Source of the DNA: Mayamaea pseudoterrestris
Taxonomy: Eukaryota
Assembly: GCA_027923505.1 (NCBI GenBank)
Contig: BROI01000008.1
Coordinates: 248,001-312,000, forward strand
Reading direction: 5' to 3'
Length of the DNA stretch: 64,000 nucleotides
In this document: positions 10,833-22,124 of the stretch, piece by piece
Numbering within the stretch: position 1 is the stretch's first letter
How the letters are laid out: every line of letters starts with the position of its first letter
The notes under the pieces: model-generated
What the model was told of the DNA's origin: nothing
The model's database searches: none
Seen by the model: only the letters and a program-made list of their open reading frames with translations
Made by a program: the position numbers and the translations under genes

Positions 10833-12668
10833 ATGAGACTACATAACAATAACGAACGAATGTCTTCCAATACTGATGCGGCGGACAATGATGAAGCTTC
10901 TCTTGCACCTCTAGGGACGCTTAATCGTACCAATGCCATAGACCAACTGGCGCGAGCGGCGGCTGCAGTGTCAACAGAGTCTCCTGTTTCTTGTTGGGCA
11001 ACCAATGGAGCTACTCCCATGACCTCTCGACCACATATTCTCACCACTTTAGACAATCAACATTATCAACTGTCGCCACTTCTTGTGGAAGATATACTGC
11101 ATGCTCGACGAGAGTCTCCCGAAAAGCTTTCACTGATATCCAGGCCAAGATCGAAATCTCTTGGGACGGAGCATGAACAGCGTCTGAGAATGGGCACTAT
11201 TCCGGTGCTTTCTTCGCTAATCGACAATCCGCAACATGACCAGTTATCATCGGATGTAACACAACCATCAGTTGCATTTCCTGGAAAGTCATCAGTAATA
11301 GAAGCAATAACCGAATTACACAAGGAGAAATCGCAACAATCAGTTTGGATATCGGCCACGTACGGAGTGGTAAATGCCTTAATTGTACTCCCGGTCCTTA
11401 TCTCCTTTGCATCCATCATATATAGAGATACATTCTTTTCGCCATATATGCCAGTTTTGGTCAAGCTTACGCTTGTTTCTGGCATTGTCCACCAACTTTG
11501 CTTTTGCGCCTTTTCCTCCTTGCCATTTGCCATTGGGCAAGTGCAGGATGCTGGACTCATTTTTCTATCAAACATGGCATCCGATATGGTCAAAGCTGGT
11601 ATGGAGCAGGACGATAGCGCCGATCGCATTTTGGCAACCGTAACGGTGAGCCTCAGCCTATGCACTGTCGTGCTTGGCGTTGGACTTGTTGTCATTGGAC
11701 GACTGCGTCTCGCGCAGTACGTGCGCATGCTTCCCACCTGTGTGATTGGAGGCTATCTAGCCTTCATTGGCTGGTTCTGCGGCATTGCCGGAATTGGTCT
11801 CATGGCGAATGTTTCACAGGCGACTCTGACGCCGACACTCGTGTTACGTCATTCCGATAAAGTTGCGCCGGGCATCGCAGGTGGAATGGTCATTTATGCG
11901 CTCGTTCGCAGGTATCGACATATGGCGGTTTTGCCGGCATGCATTGTCGTTATGCTTGGCATTTTTTACATGACTATGTGGCTTTTTGGCGCTACTTTTG
12001 ACGACGTCACTCGCGACGGATGGATACGTACCACGGATGAGCCGCCTCAACTACGACGTACTTGGGATTATCTGAGATTGGATCTTGTAAACTGGTCTGG
12101 GCTTCCTCGCCTTGTTACTTCTGAGCTTGGGATGATTTTTATTGTTGCGCTGTCGAGTTCTTTGGACGTTGCCGCCATTGAGTTGGAGTTGAACGATCAA
12201 CTCGACTACAACCATGAGTTGGTCACCGTAGGCGTGTCGAATATTGTTTCCGGCTTGACGGGCGGCTATACTGGAAGCTACATCTTTAGCCAGAGTATCT
12301 TTTCACTACGAGCAGGTATTCGATCTCGCGTGGCTGGCCTGGTGTTAGCTATCTGCCAAATCGTCGTTTTGATTCTACCATTTTCGCTGCTACAATACGT
12401 TCCCAATTTTTTCTTCGGCGCCTTGCTGTCGATGATTTGCATCGACTTGATGTACGAATGGTTGTGGGATGTGCGGACAACAATCACGCAGGCCGAGCAC
12501 ATGATAAGCTTGTCGACCTTTTTACTGATCCAACTGTTTAACGTGGAATGGGGCATTCTTTTAGGTGTCTGCCTGTATGCCATTTGTTGGAAGACTGGCA
12601 TTGACGTGGGAGATCTTAAAATCAGCCGACAGCAAAGGGACAATGAAGTAAAATATGGCGCCACATAA
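10833..12668 (+). CDS. SulP/SLC26-family anion (sulfate-type) transporter without a C-terminal STAS domain
   Basis: Multiple TM helices; FSSLPFAIGQVQD, LPTCVIGGYLAFIG, DYNHELVTVGVSNIVSGLTGG, GIRSRVAG. Confidence 0.88.
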   Translation: MRLHNNNERMSSNTDAADNDEASLAPLGTLNRTNAIDQLARAAAAVSTESPVSCWATNGATPMTSRPHILTTLDNQHYQLSPLLVEDILHARRESPEKLSLISRPRSKSLGTEHEQRLRMGTIPVLSSLIDNPQHDQLSSDVTQPSVAFPGKSSVIEAITELHKEKSQQSVWISATYGVVNALIVLPVLISFASIIYRDTFFSPYMPVLVKLTLVSGIVHQLCFCAFSSLPFAIGQVQDAGLIFLSNMASDMVKAGMEQDDSADRILATVTVSLSLCTVVLGVGLVVIGRLRLAQYVRMLPTCVIGGYLAFIGWFCGIAGIGLMANVSQATLTPTLVLRHSDKVAPGIAGGMVIYALVRRYRHMAVLPACIVVMLGIFYMTMWLFGATFDDVTRDGWIRTTDEPPQLRRTWDYLRLDLVNWSGLPRLVTSELGMIFIVALSSSLDVAAIELELNDQLDYNHELVTVGVSNIVSGLTGGYTGSYIFSQSIFSLRAGIRSRVAGLVLAICQIVVLILPFSLLQYVPNFFFGALLSMICIDLMYEWLWDVRTTITQAEHMISLSTFLLIQLFNVEWGILLGVCLYAICWKTGIDVGDLKISRQQRDNEVKYGAT

Positions 12669-12733
12669 TAATAGACGATTAAATAAACAAAGATATACGC
12701 ACAGGGGTTACAACAGACAGCTCACTACATCCG

Positions 12734-13753
12734 CTAACTGTCGCTACAAGAAGTATGGAATGAGATTAGGTCGCCAATGTCTTGCCACTCAGTGTCGAGC
12801 TGCTCGCCGTTTCTACCATGCAAGCAAACGCAAGCGCATCCTTGAATGCCAACGGCATCTTTTAAGCATCGAGACAGAGGCACGAAGTAAAAAGTAGTCT
12901 GCTCATTTCTGACTACATTGTCTTGCATTACCACCCGGCCCTGCAGTCGAATATATCGATTCTTATTGCTTTCCAACATTGTAGCAATCGCCATCCATAT
13001 ACCAGCACCTACTGAAGAACCTACAGATTCTTCGAAAGTGACATGAAATGTTCCAAAATTTAACCCAAGGCCAATGCCGAGTGATTTTGTGTAAGCTTCC
13101 TTGATGGCCCAAGTTATATAGAATTCGCGGAGTGCCTCATCTTCGCTTCGACTCTCCTGCACTGTCTCGATGTTTTTCAACTCGATCGAGGTCAGAGAGT
13201 CTCGAAAGCAATCGATATATTCTTGGAGACTTGCGTACAAGTGTCGTTGATGTGGATCAAAGACGACGATATCCAAGCCAACTGATGCTGCGAGTTTTGA
13301 GCCTCCACGCCAATGAGCAATGCCAACGAATGGATACTGGTGGGAAACGTTCACATCTTGATGCGGCTGCCCCGGGATGTATGGTTTTCCGTGCACTGTG
13401 CGAGGCAGTTGTCGGATTGGTCGCAGGGCAGACTCGACAACCTGTGGTTTCAAATCAAAAGCAGCGGCAGTGTAAAACGATCGACTTTTGAGCAGAGTTG
13501 AAACTAGAGTTAAATATTGATCGGATCGTTTCAAAAATGAGGCAATGTATCTCTCAATCACAGCAGCAGCGTCATCAGCATCGTCTGTTGGCGTTGCTCG
13601 TACAGTAAAGCATCCAACACGCGACAAAATATCACGCCAAAGTCTCAATAACTTTTCGCCGCTTTCATCGTTCTCCACTAGATCCGATACGTCCACCAAA
13701 GTTAACGTGAGTGCAGATTTATGGGGCACTTCGGTGGAGGCGTGAGCACCCAT
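12734..13753 (-). CDS. Sfp-type 4'-phosphopantetheinyl transferase (AASDHPPT/Lys5-like)
   Basis: RTVHGKPY, NVSHQ, VGLDIV, FYITWAIKEAYTKSLGIGL. Confidence 0.9.
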   Translation of the reverse strand: MGAHASTEVPHKSALTLTLVDVSDLVENDESGEKLLRLWRDILSRVGCFTVRATPTDDADDAAAVIERYIASFLKRSDQYLTLVSTLLKSRSFYTAAAFDLKPQVVESALRPIRQLPRTVHGKPYIPGQPHQDVNVSHQYPFVGIAHWRGGSKLAASVGLDIVVFDPHQRHLYASLQEYIDCFRDSLTSIELKNIETVQESRSEDEALREFYITWAIKEAYTKSLGIGLGLNFGTFHVTFEESVGSSVGAGIWMAIATMLESNKNRYIRLQGRVVMQDNVVRNEQTTFYFVPLSRCLKDAVGIQGCACVCLHGRNGEQLDTEWQDIGDLISFHTSCSDS

Positions 13754-14002
13754 GATTTTGTGATGTTGTGTTGGCGTTCGGTTTTGCGGATGGAGGCGCG
13801 AGTCTTCCGAACGAGTAAGCGAGAGTGAAAAGAAGCCGAAAGAATGTCAAATCAGAAACGTCCACGTTAAATGACTCATTCATGATACTTAAGCCGCGGC
13901 TCGAGCGTCCGCAACCATGAGGATTCATTGCGCCGTCCCAGTCTTTTCGTTCCGGTAGATTTGCACACCTATACAGAGTGGGCTCTTTTTATTACTTAAA
14001 AC

Positions 14003-16102
14003 ATGCAAGAGAGCTCTACGGATGAGCCGTTTGGTATACCAGCGAATGCGACGACCGAACCAGAGTCGATTCATGCTCACCTCGAAGAAGGCGGCGCAGC
14101 AGCAGCAACCTCCAGACGATTTCCATTAATTAGAGCAACTACCAGCGAGGAACCCTCTCGCAGCTATTTTTTGGTTGGTCGACAAGCGGCTTCCGTAGAC
14201 ATTCATATTGGTCATCCCAGTATTAGCCGCCAGCACGCCGCTATTTATTTTCTCACTACCGGTAGCTGTCTCTTCATTGTCGACTTTGGAGGCAAGTACG
14301 GCACCAATGTTAACGGCACGAAGATTCCCAGTAAGTTACCGCACGAGCTCAAGCATGGTGATATAATAGTGTTTGGAAATGTACGGGAACGACAATTTAC
14401 TGTCACTATTGTTGATGACGCGACGACTGTGGCTGCCAATGGATCATCAACTGCCGAACCCGGACAAGGATTGGAGGGACGAGCGAAGCGAGAGGCCGAG
14501 ATTGCGGCAATGATTGGCACTCTGGATCAAGATCCAGTCTATCAGCCACAGCACGTGCCTGAACCATCTAAAGCAGTGCCGCAGTCCTTGAACGACCACG
14601 ACGAAGCACCATGTGCAAAGGCATCCTTGGCGGCCATTGCAGAAAGATATCAAATTCCCTTTCATCAAGTCGAAATTGAATCCGAATCGTCACGGCGGAG
14701 CCTCGTGACATGCATCTCCATTGACCCAGCCGGATCGCGCTTTGTGGTGGGAACGACGGACGCACACTTGCGATTCTACGATTTTGGCGGCATGACACGC
14801 AACCGTGCGCAAAGCTTTCAAACAATCGTGCCTCAAGAAGGGCAACCCTTGGTTGGCTGTGCCTACAGCAACTCTGGGGATCGTATTCTAGTCGGAACGA
14901 CTGGTGTGCAACCAATTGTGCTGGATCGGGATGGGACTCAAGTCGTCAAATTTATGCGCGGTGACATGTACGTAACTGACCAATCCAAGACGGTTGGGCA
15001 CACGTTTGGTGTTACGGCTGTTGACTGGCACCCTCTTGAAAAAGACTTGGTGCTTACATCGTCTCAGGATGGTAGTGTTCGAATGTGGAACATCCTAGGC
15101 AAGACTCAGTTCGACATGCTTGTTTGCGATAAGGTCTTTCAAGCAAAGGATGCGCGAGGTCTTCGTATTGCTGTCACGTGCGTGTGCTTTCATCCATCTG
15201 GCAGAGAGTTCGCGATGGGAACGGCTTGTGGTAGCATACAGATTTGGAGCCATGCAAGAGTGTCTAATCGGCCGGAGCGAGTCACGTTCGATGCGCATGG
15301 AGCCAAGAAGGCTGTGACTAGCCTTGTGTATAACACGGACGGAGCCCTGATTGGAAGTCGAAGTATTGAAGATGATAGCGCAAAAATATGGGACAATAGA
15401 CGCTTAAGTCGATCATCAAAGCCAGAGATAATTTGTAAAGGATTGGAGAGCTTCCACGAACCAGCAAATTTAGCGTTCAGTCCGGATGGAAAGATTGTCT
15501 GTGCTGGTGCAGCAAAGGTAGTGAGCAAGGGAAATGAACTTGGTCGACTAAACTTTTACGATATCAGCAAAGAGGCTAAAGGGAGCGTACAACCCGTTTT
15601 CTCGATCAATTTGGATCAAGGAATAAGTCCTGTTGTTGTCAAGTGGCACACGAAAATCAAGCAAATATTCGTGGGATGTTCGGACGGCAGAGTAATCATA
15701 TTTTACGATCCTGTTCGCAGCAAAAACGGCGCTCTCTTGATATCTGCTAAGATGGGAAGCCAGAGCGATAGTCTGTCATCGATTCTGCAAATGAGGGCCG
15801 AAACATCGGGTGGTATTTCGGGGCAAGTTGTGACACCATTCTCCCTGCCAATGTACCGTGAAGACCATACTAGTGAGAAGAAACGGAAGAGGCAAGAGCG
15901 AAAAGATCCAGTAAAGAGCAAAGAGCCAGAAAGGCCGGCAAGTGGGAAGCATAAGGCTGGCGGGCAGGAAGGGAGCAATGTTACATTTCAGCAATTTGTT
16001 GCTGACGGTCGTGTTGCGAAGTCGAAAGAGATTGCCGGAACTGATCCACGGAAAGCTTTACTTCGTTTTGAAAGCGACGCGAACGAGTCTGGAGAAGATT
16101 AA
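14003..16102 (+). CDS. WDR70: FHA domain + WD40 protein, WDR70/GAD-1 family
   Basis: FHA: VGR...HPSISRQHA...GTNVNG. WDR70 signatures: FYDFGGM, RGDMYVTDQSKTVGH, TSSQDGSVRMW, and C-terminal DPRKALL. Confidence 0.85.
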   Translation: MQESSTDEPFGIPANATTEPESIHAHLEEGGAAAATSRRFPLIRATTSEEPSRSYFLVGRQAASVDIHIGHPSISRQHAAIYFLTTGSCLFIVDFGGKYGTNVNGTKIPSKLPHELKHGDIIVFGNVRERQFTVTIVDDATTVAANGSSTAEPGQGLEGRAKREAEIAAMIGTLDQDPVYQPQHVPEPSKAVPQSLNDHDEAPCAKASLAAIAERYQIPFHQVEIESESSRRSLVTCISIDPAGSRFVVGTTDAHLRFYDFGGMTRNRAQSFQTIVPQEGQPLVGCAYSNSGDRILVGTTGVQPIVLDRDGTQVVKFMRGDMYVTDQSKTVGHTFGVTAVDWHPLEKDLVLTSSQDGSVRMWNILGKTQFDMLVCDKVFQAKDARGLRIAVTCVCFHPSGREFAMGTACGSIQIWSHARVSNRPERVTFDAHGAKKAVTSLVYNTDGALIGSRSIEDDSAKIWDNRRLSRSSKPEIICKGLESFHEPANLAFSPDGKIVCAGAAKVVSKGNELGRLNFYDISKEAKGSVQPVFSINLDQGISPVVVKWHTKIKQIFVGCSDGRVIIFYDPVRSKNGALLISAKMGSQSDSLSSILQMRAETSGGISGQVVTPFSLPMYREDHTSEKKRKRQERKDPVKSKEPERPASGKHKAGGQEGSNVTFQQFVADGRVAKSKEIAGTDPRKALLRFESDANESGED

Positions 16103-16212
16103 GAAGCAAGTGTTACAGTAGTTGTATTTTACCAATTTGGCATCGCTGATGCTGTGTACACATACTAAACTTTGATATTATGTTTATCATCTGGACACTT
16201 CTGAAAGTGTTG

Positions 16213-18705
16213 CTATGTACTGCAACGGTGCTCATGCCGGACTTCGCCATTATTTGAGAAAGCAAGATTGCCGCTCATCCATTCAATATCCAACATATTG
16301 ATTGGATACTCCATTGCGGCATGTTCGACCGGTGTCAAGTCATTGGAATGGCGTGTACCTTGATCGACGGTCTTTTTGCGGACCCGAATTGTCCAAGTGA
16401 AGCCAAGCTTATTTAAAAGGTCAATTCGTTCCTGGGTAAGAGGGCAATTTTGCTGTGGTTTCTGGGGGTCCTTGGCCGCCGCTTGCAAAATCTTGTACTT
16501 TTGACGCAGAGATGAAACCCATATTCCAAGTCGACGATTCTTTGCATATCGAGCAGGAACGTTTGTATTTCCATACGTACGCTTGTATTCAACAAGTTCC
16601 TCGAAGTGTTTGTTCCAGTCGTCTCGGAGCGACCATACAAAACAGAGCTCATTCAAACGACGTATTCGTTCTTCAGTAAGACGGCTCATGCCTGGTTTTT
16701 GTCGATGCAGGACTCTTTGCGTACCGACCCATGTTCCAAGCTTTGGGTCGTCTGATCATTGCAAATATGAGCTTTAATGCCGCATGACCACCAAAAATTA
16801 TCAATGTCGCTTACCTTTGTATCGTTTTGGGACCATCGTATGGCCGTAAATGTCATAATACGCTTTCAGTCGCGTAAACATCCCTATCCATCAAGTGCAA
16901 AAAGTTTAGTAAGGGAGCGCCCTTTAATCAGCCAGCAGCAAGTACACATTTGCCTTACCATCCCACTGTTCATCGTATGAATTACGAGCAGCTCGACCTT
17001 CATCCCCTGTCGAGTCGCCCTCTCGAGCACTCCAAACAAATCCTATTTCCTCTAGACGCCGCCGCCTTTCATCAGTCAATCGAAACGACATGTCCTCGTC
17101 AGTAGAGCGCTTGTTCAAATCGTCGGCACTGTCGGAGCTCGCGCCATCCACTTTGCCGACTTGTTTCTTCCATTGAATCCTCTGAGTGTGCATCCACGTC
17201 CCCAGCTTCGTATCAGGAGGATAACGCTTGGGGACGCAAGTGTGACCTGTCTGCTTTTTGAAAAGTAACAAACGATCAAACATTACATCCCATTGCCGCT
17301 GGTAGTAGCGCTTCATTTTCTGCTTGACGCGCCATTCAAACCCCACAGACTCTAGACGTCGGATGCGTTCTTCAGTGAGACGAGGTGTGCTTGCCTTAAA
17401 AGTTACACCGCCGTCGGTTCCTTCAGTAATTTCGGCCGACGAGCGTTGTAACTTTGTATGCTCATAGCGCTGAGTCTCAATCCATTTGCCAAGCTTAGGA
17501 TTTTTTTCCCAGCGCGACGGCACAAGGCAATCACCGTACATTTGCCTATAGTCGAGGAGCTATATTATGGAAACCCCCGGTGAGATAAGTCTGGCGACGA
17601 GCGGTGACGAAAGTTCAGCGCTTATTAACCAACATACCTGTTGAAACATTGTCTCCCAGTGATCATCGACACGCTTACTGCGAAGCGACCATACGAATCC
17701 AAGAGCGTCTAATTTAGCCTTCTTCTCGCTGCTTAGTGTCTTGTCGACGCACGTAAAAGCCGATGTTTTGTCGTTTATTATCTTTGGCGAATCATGCTCT
17801 GAGCTAATCGCACCTAGATATATCTCTACATCCCCAACAGCTCCTAGATGGTTGGTCGAATCAAAGGCAAGAGGTGGCGTAGCGAATTTTTCAGGAGAGA
17901 AGTCTGAGACTTGATTCAGCGCAGCAGAAGCAGAGGCTGATTTGGTGAGCGTCGCCACAGCTCGTCGCTGCTGCTCCACCCAGGCAGCGAGTCGAGGACA
18001 GGCATCGTATTTGCGAGGAACGAGGCAATGACCGTACGTTTGCTTGTACTCCACTAGTAAATCAAACAGTTCATACCATTGCGACTCATCGTTTGCCTTG
18101 CATGAGACGCCAGTAAAACTACCGGTGGGTCGTTTAGTCATGCCTGTGACTGCGCTCGGCGAACGTCCATTGCCTTCATTCATTGCATCAGCAACTCGCT
18201 TACGAACCACATTCTTGGCCGTCCAAGCAAAGTCAATTGCTTGCAATTTCTCTAAACGTTCCGCCGAAAGACGTGTACTAGGTATGGCAATTTCTTTTCC
18301 AGTCTGTTGGTCAATAACTCGGGATAGATGGCGGTACTGGACTCGCTGCGTCTCAACCCATGTTCCAAGCTTCGGGTCCTGCGCGAACCGTTTTGGAACC
18401 AATGTGTCTCCATACATCTGTTTGAAATTGACAAGGCGATCGTACATGACGCTCCAGCTCTCTGTAGCAGCTTCCTTTTTCTGTCGCTTGTTGCACTTGT
18501 GACGTACGCCGGCTGGCAAGCCTTCGACACTTTCATCAGTCTTCCGCTTCAACAATGATAGTTTGTCTATATCAAGTCGCTCTTTTGAGCAGTCGACGAG
18601 GGCAGCGCTTGCGTCAATCGATGCTCCATTACATCCGCCAATCGCTCCATTAGTCGCGTGCTCCTGCTGTGTTCCAAACAGTGATAATCCGCTTGGATCG
18701 TCCAT
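16213..18705 (-). CDS. Helicase-associated (HA) domain repeat protein, six HA repeats, 4 exons
   Basis: Repeats of W..MF..L..(F/Y)K..(Y/T)G...VP.RY..DPKLG.WV..QR...L..ER...L..IGF.W. GT-AG introns at 17560-17637, 16884-16958 and 16752-16814 all restore frame. Confidence 0.9.
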
Positions 18706-19116
18706 TAAGACGCTTTATGTGAACGCCGTCCGTCTGTATACACCCGTATATACAGTGCTTAACAGTTAGTAGTCATCAACAACCAACGTTCAACAGAATC
18801 GCAATTGCAGTTTCTCGCTGTGGTCGGGAAGTGTGTTCGACTCCGGGCAGTGTGACGACAAAGTGAAGCGTGCACCGGTCATTGATTGACGTTTTCAAGT
18901 ACATTCTCCTGTATAGACAGAAACAGCTGGAACGTAATCGCAGTGGTTTTGGAGTTGCGATTGGCGCGCCGCGGACCAACGCATCATCGATGGGCATGCG
19001 AGATGATCGCATCTTCGCACTGCGTATCTGCTGATTGCGCCAAACTCTGCCACATTACTGTCGACTTTCAAAGTAGATGCCCTGTTCCATCGCTCTAGTA
19101 AAACGCAAATCCTATC

Positions 19117-20280
19117 ATGGTTACAAACGCATTTCTAGCGCTTGCGCTCTTTCTGTACCTCGCTGTCTTTGCCGTCTTTCTTTACGTTTGTCTCATTGCC
19201 GACCCCGAAACATCAAGGATGGCTCGGCTATTCAATGAGGAAATTCCGACTGGTATATGGAACTGGCTTGGAAATAGATTGAGTCGCAATACAGTCAACT
19301 TTCTCGTTTATTTTTCTGATCGCTTTCTGCTACTGATTTACTGCACCGTCGTTTACGGAGCTTGGTCGCTAATCTTTTGGCTCGTCTATCCATGGATCAC
19401 TCGGTCGCATACTGTTTCCAGCATACATAAACATATTGGCTATTTGTTCTTTATCGCTTGCATTTCAAGTTGGAGACTTGCCACAAAATCGAGTCCCGGA
19501 ATTATCACGGCCAAAACCCTTCATCGATACGATCACTTTCCTCATGACAATATACTTTTTGAAGCCAAGTGCACCTGTCGAACAACGGGTATTCCCAAAG
19601 TTGCTCGCTCAATGTTTGATCGACACAAGTACAATGCCAATGTGCCAAGGTTTGATCACTTTTGTGGCTGGGTACACAATACGATTGGCGAAGAAAATTA
19701 CCGATGGTTCTTGCTATTCCTGTTGATTCATTTTGCAATGTGTGCGTACGGAAGTTTAGTTGTTTGGTGGCTCTTTGTCGGAGAGGTAAAGGAGAAGGAG
19801 TTACTCCAAGTTACCTACGTCGATCGATTCACTGGCGAGCTGATTCCGTCGTCCAAAATTATTGTGGCGCAGTACTTATTTAATCGATATCTATGGGAGG
19901 CGGGGATCTTCATGCTCATGTCAGTAATGGCGGTGGCACTGGTGGGGTTCTTGATTTATCATGTATATCTTACCTCATACGGAATGACTACGAACGAATC
20001 CTACAAATGGAGCTACATCAGGACGTGGTACAAGAGAGAGCTCAAGGAGTACGAGCAGGCTGTCAAGACTAGATCCGCGGCACCCGAACAAAAAAGTGCG
20101 ACAAAGGTTACCAAGGTAAAGCAAGATCAGAGTCGACAAGACTTTGCTCGAGATCCTGGTCTGCCACCGGTAAATATTTATGATAGAGGTTTCATGGAGA
20201 ATTGGCGAGAAGTGATGTTCCCAATATCATTGCGCGAAGATCGATCCTATAATGGCTCTGCACGACCCAAATATGAATAA
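19117..20280 (+). CDS. DHHC-family palmitoyltransferase (SWF1-like) with a DHFC variant motif
   Basis: SPGII, RFDHFCGWVHNTIGEENYRWF, GMTTNE, NIYDRGFMENWREV; several TM helices. Confidence 0.9.
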   Translation: MVTNAFLALALFLYLAVFAVFLYVCLIADPETSRMARLFNEEIPTGIWNWLGNRLSRNTVNFLVYFSDRFLLLIYCTVVYGAWSLIFWLVYPWITRSHTVSSIHKHIGYLFFIACISSWRLATKSSPGIITAKTLHRYDHFPHDNILFEAKCTCRTTGIPKVARSMFDRHKYNANVPRFDHFCGWVHNTIGEENYRWFLLFLLIHFAMCAYGSLVVWWLFVGEVKEKELLQVTYVDRFTGELIPSSKIIVAQYLFNRYLWEAGIFMLMSVMAVALVGFLIYHVYLTSYGMTTNESYKWSYIRTWYKRELKEYEQAVKTRSAAPEQKSATKVTKVKQDQSRQDFARDPGLPPVNIYDRGFMENWREVMFPISLREDRSYNGSARPKYE

Positions 20281-20309
20281 ATTTATTGTAGTGTTAATAT
20301 ATCGGCGCG

Positions 20310-22124
20310 TTAATTAATTGCATTGCGGAACAGTTGCAGCTCTATGACTGTCCCACTATACGTCGAATGAGGACGTAGTTCACTGTTGGGCACTACTCTT
20401 ACAATTCCATTCATTCTACGCACAAGCGACCGAACAATGTCTAAGCCAATACCCGACCCTCTTATTAGATGTTTCGTACGCGAACCACGGAAGCAGCGTT
20501 CAAACACCGCTTCGTACTCGGAAGGAGGTATGCCAGGACCATTGTCCTCCACAAGGACTGTGACTCCAGCTGGTGCGGGCGGTAAATTGGCCGAGAATCC
20601 TAATCTTACTCGCGGATGCGAATTCACTTTCGATGAAGAGCCCACCTTTGGGACTGTGGCATACTTAAAAGCATTATCAAGGAGGTTGCTCACGACTTCT
20701 TGGAGAGCAACAGGATTAGACATGACGCCTGGTAGCTCGTCCGGTAAAATGACAGCAAATTCAATGCCTTGTTCAGTGGCCATTGCTCGAAAGGCAGATA
20801 TGGTCTCGCTCAACATGTCATCCAAGAAACCCATTTCAAGCTGAATATTCTCCACCACTGCCAGCGACCCTCCATCACTTTCAACGGCCTCGTACATATC
20901 CCCAGCTTGCAGACTTGACGCCGTGCCAACATTTGCCACAGTCTCCCAGGCAGCATTAGGCGACCAAGGTACAATCGAAGCAACTCTAGCCGGACCAAGT
21001 GCATACATTGGGCGCGACTGCCCCAGCGCTTCAACGATCGAGTCTACAGGCCCAAGTCGATCTGCTACCCGATCGCTTTGTACCATCAAATGATTGACCA
21101 GTTCTAAAAGCTGTACCGATCCTCGTCCGCTTCTAGTGTCCTCTGAATCGGCAATGCGCTGCTGCAAAAGCTTACCATATGTCCGAAGCGCCTGAATCGG
21201 GTTCTTGAGTTGGTGGATGCTGTCGGATAAAGCTTCCTGTATTAGTCTGTTCTTCTGGGCAAGCTGGTTTCGTTCAGTGTCCATAGATAAAGCTAGTGAT
21301 AGACTTTGCGCAGCCTTTGCCACCTTTCGGTAATCGGAATTTGTCCAAAAAGAAAGCGATTCTCTAACGTATCGATCATCTGGTGATACAAGTAGGACAC
21401 CAACGGTTGCCGCGCCCGCAAAGAGAGGAACAGACAGAGCTGCCGTGCTGTTCTGGAATCGGACGTCACAAAAAACTTCTTCTACAGCACCAATACCAGC
21501 ATTGGTCGAACCAGATACCATGGGGTAGTTGGGAATGAGCGTCGAAGCATGCGCAAAACCTGGAAGCTTATTCAACACGTTCGGAAGAGTTAACCCTCGT
21601 GAATCGGATTCAGGCGCAATAAAGATTCGATCGCTATCCGGATGTGGATAGAGGACAGCAGGTATGAACTGCAGCTGCCCAGTCTCTTGGTTCTCTTGTG
21701 GTAGATAGAGTGCCATTGACCTCACTTTTGTTTTCATGCTTCGTGTTTGCCGATCCGATGCCAGTAAAGACGTCGCCAATAATTCGAGTTGTGACTGAGC
21801 GAGTTCCCTGAACAAAGGTGACGGCATCACCGGAATCGGTCTCTGTCGGTAGTTTTGTTTCTGCAGTTCGTCGAGACCATCCTCGTCGTAGATTGTCCAT
21901 CTGGTCCTTGTTGTCGCCATACCCAATTTTGCACGAGCAGATGCGTCCATTAACTTTGGAGTCGAACTTGTCTCAAACGACGAAACCAAGTAGCCCTGGA
22001 ATGCGAAATACATTAACACTATCGGTGGTAGCCATACCAGTGGGATTACATGTTCCAACTTCGAGCAGCCCAGTTTCAGCTTGCGTCGTGTGCGGAGCCG
22101 ACAGTGGTAGCTTGTTTGTGCCAT
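20310..22124 (-). CDS. CSK: Chloroplast sensor kinase (Hik2/CSK; GAF-HisKA-HATPase)
   Basis: H-box DSIHQLKNPIQALRTYGKLL, N-box NLLDNAFKY, VEDNGPGI, GSGIGL. N-terminal hydrophobic stretch ending VSSF is consistent with a bipartite plastid signal. Confidence 0.85.
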   Translation of the reverse strand: MAQTSYHCRLRTRRKLKLGCSKLEHVIPLVWLPPIVLMYFAFQGYLVSSFETSSTPKLMDASARAKLGMATTRTRWTIYDEDGLDELQKQNYRQRPIPVMPSPLFRELAQSQLELLATSLLASDRQTRSMKTKVRSMALYLPQENQETGQLQFIPAVLYPHPDSDRIFIAPESDSRGLTLPNVLNKLPGFAHASTLIPNYPMVSGSTNAGIGAVEEVFCDVRFQNSTAALSVPLFAGAATVGVLLVSPDDRYVRESLSFWTNSDYRKVAKAAQSLSLALSMDTERNQLAQKNRLIQEALSDSIHQLKNPIQALRTYGKLLQQRIADSEDTRSGRGSVQLLELVNHLMVQSDRVADRLGPVDSIVEALGQSRPMYALGPARVASIVPWSPNAAWETVANVGTASSLQAGDMYEAVESDGGSLAVVENIQLEMGFLDDMLSETISAFRAMATEQGIEFAVILPDELPGVMSNPVALQEVVSNLLDNAFKYATVPKVGSSSKVNSHPRVRLGFSANLPPAPAGVTVLVEDNGPGIPPSEYEAVFERCFRGSRTKHLIRGSGIGLDIVRSLVRRMNGIVRVVPNSELRPHSTYSGTVIELQLFRNAIN

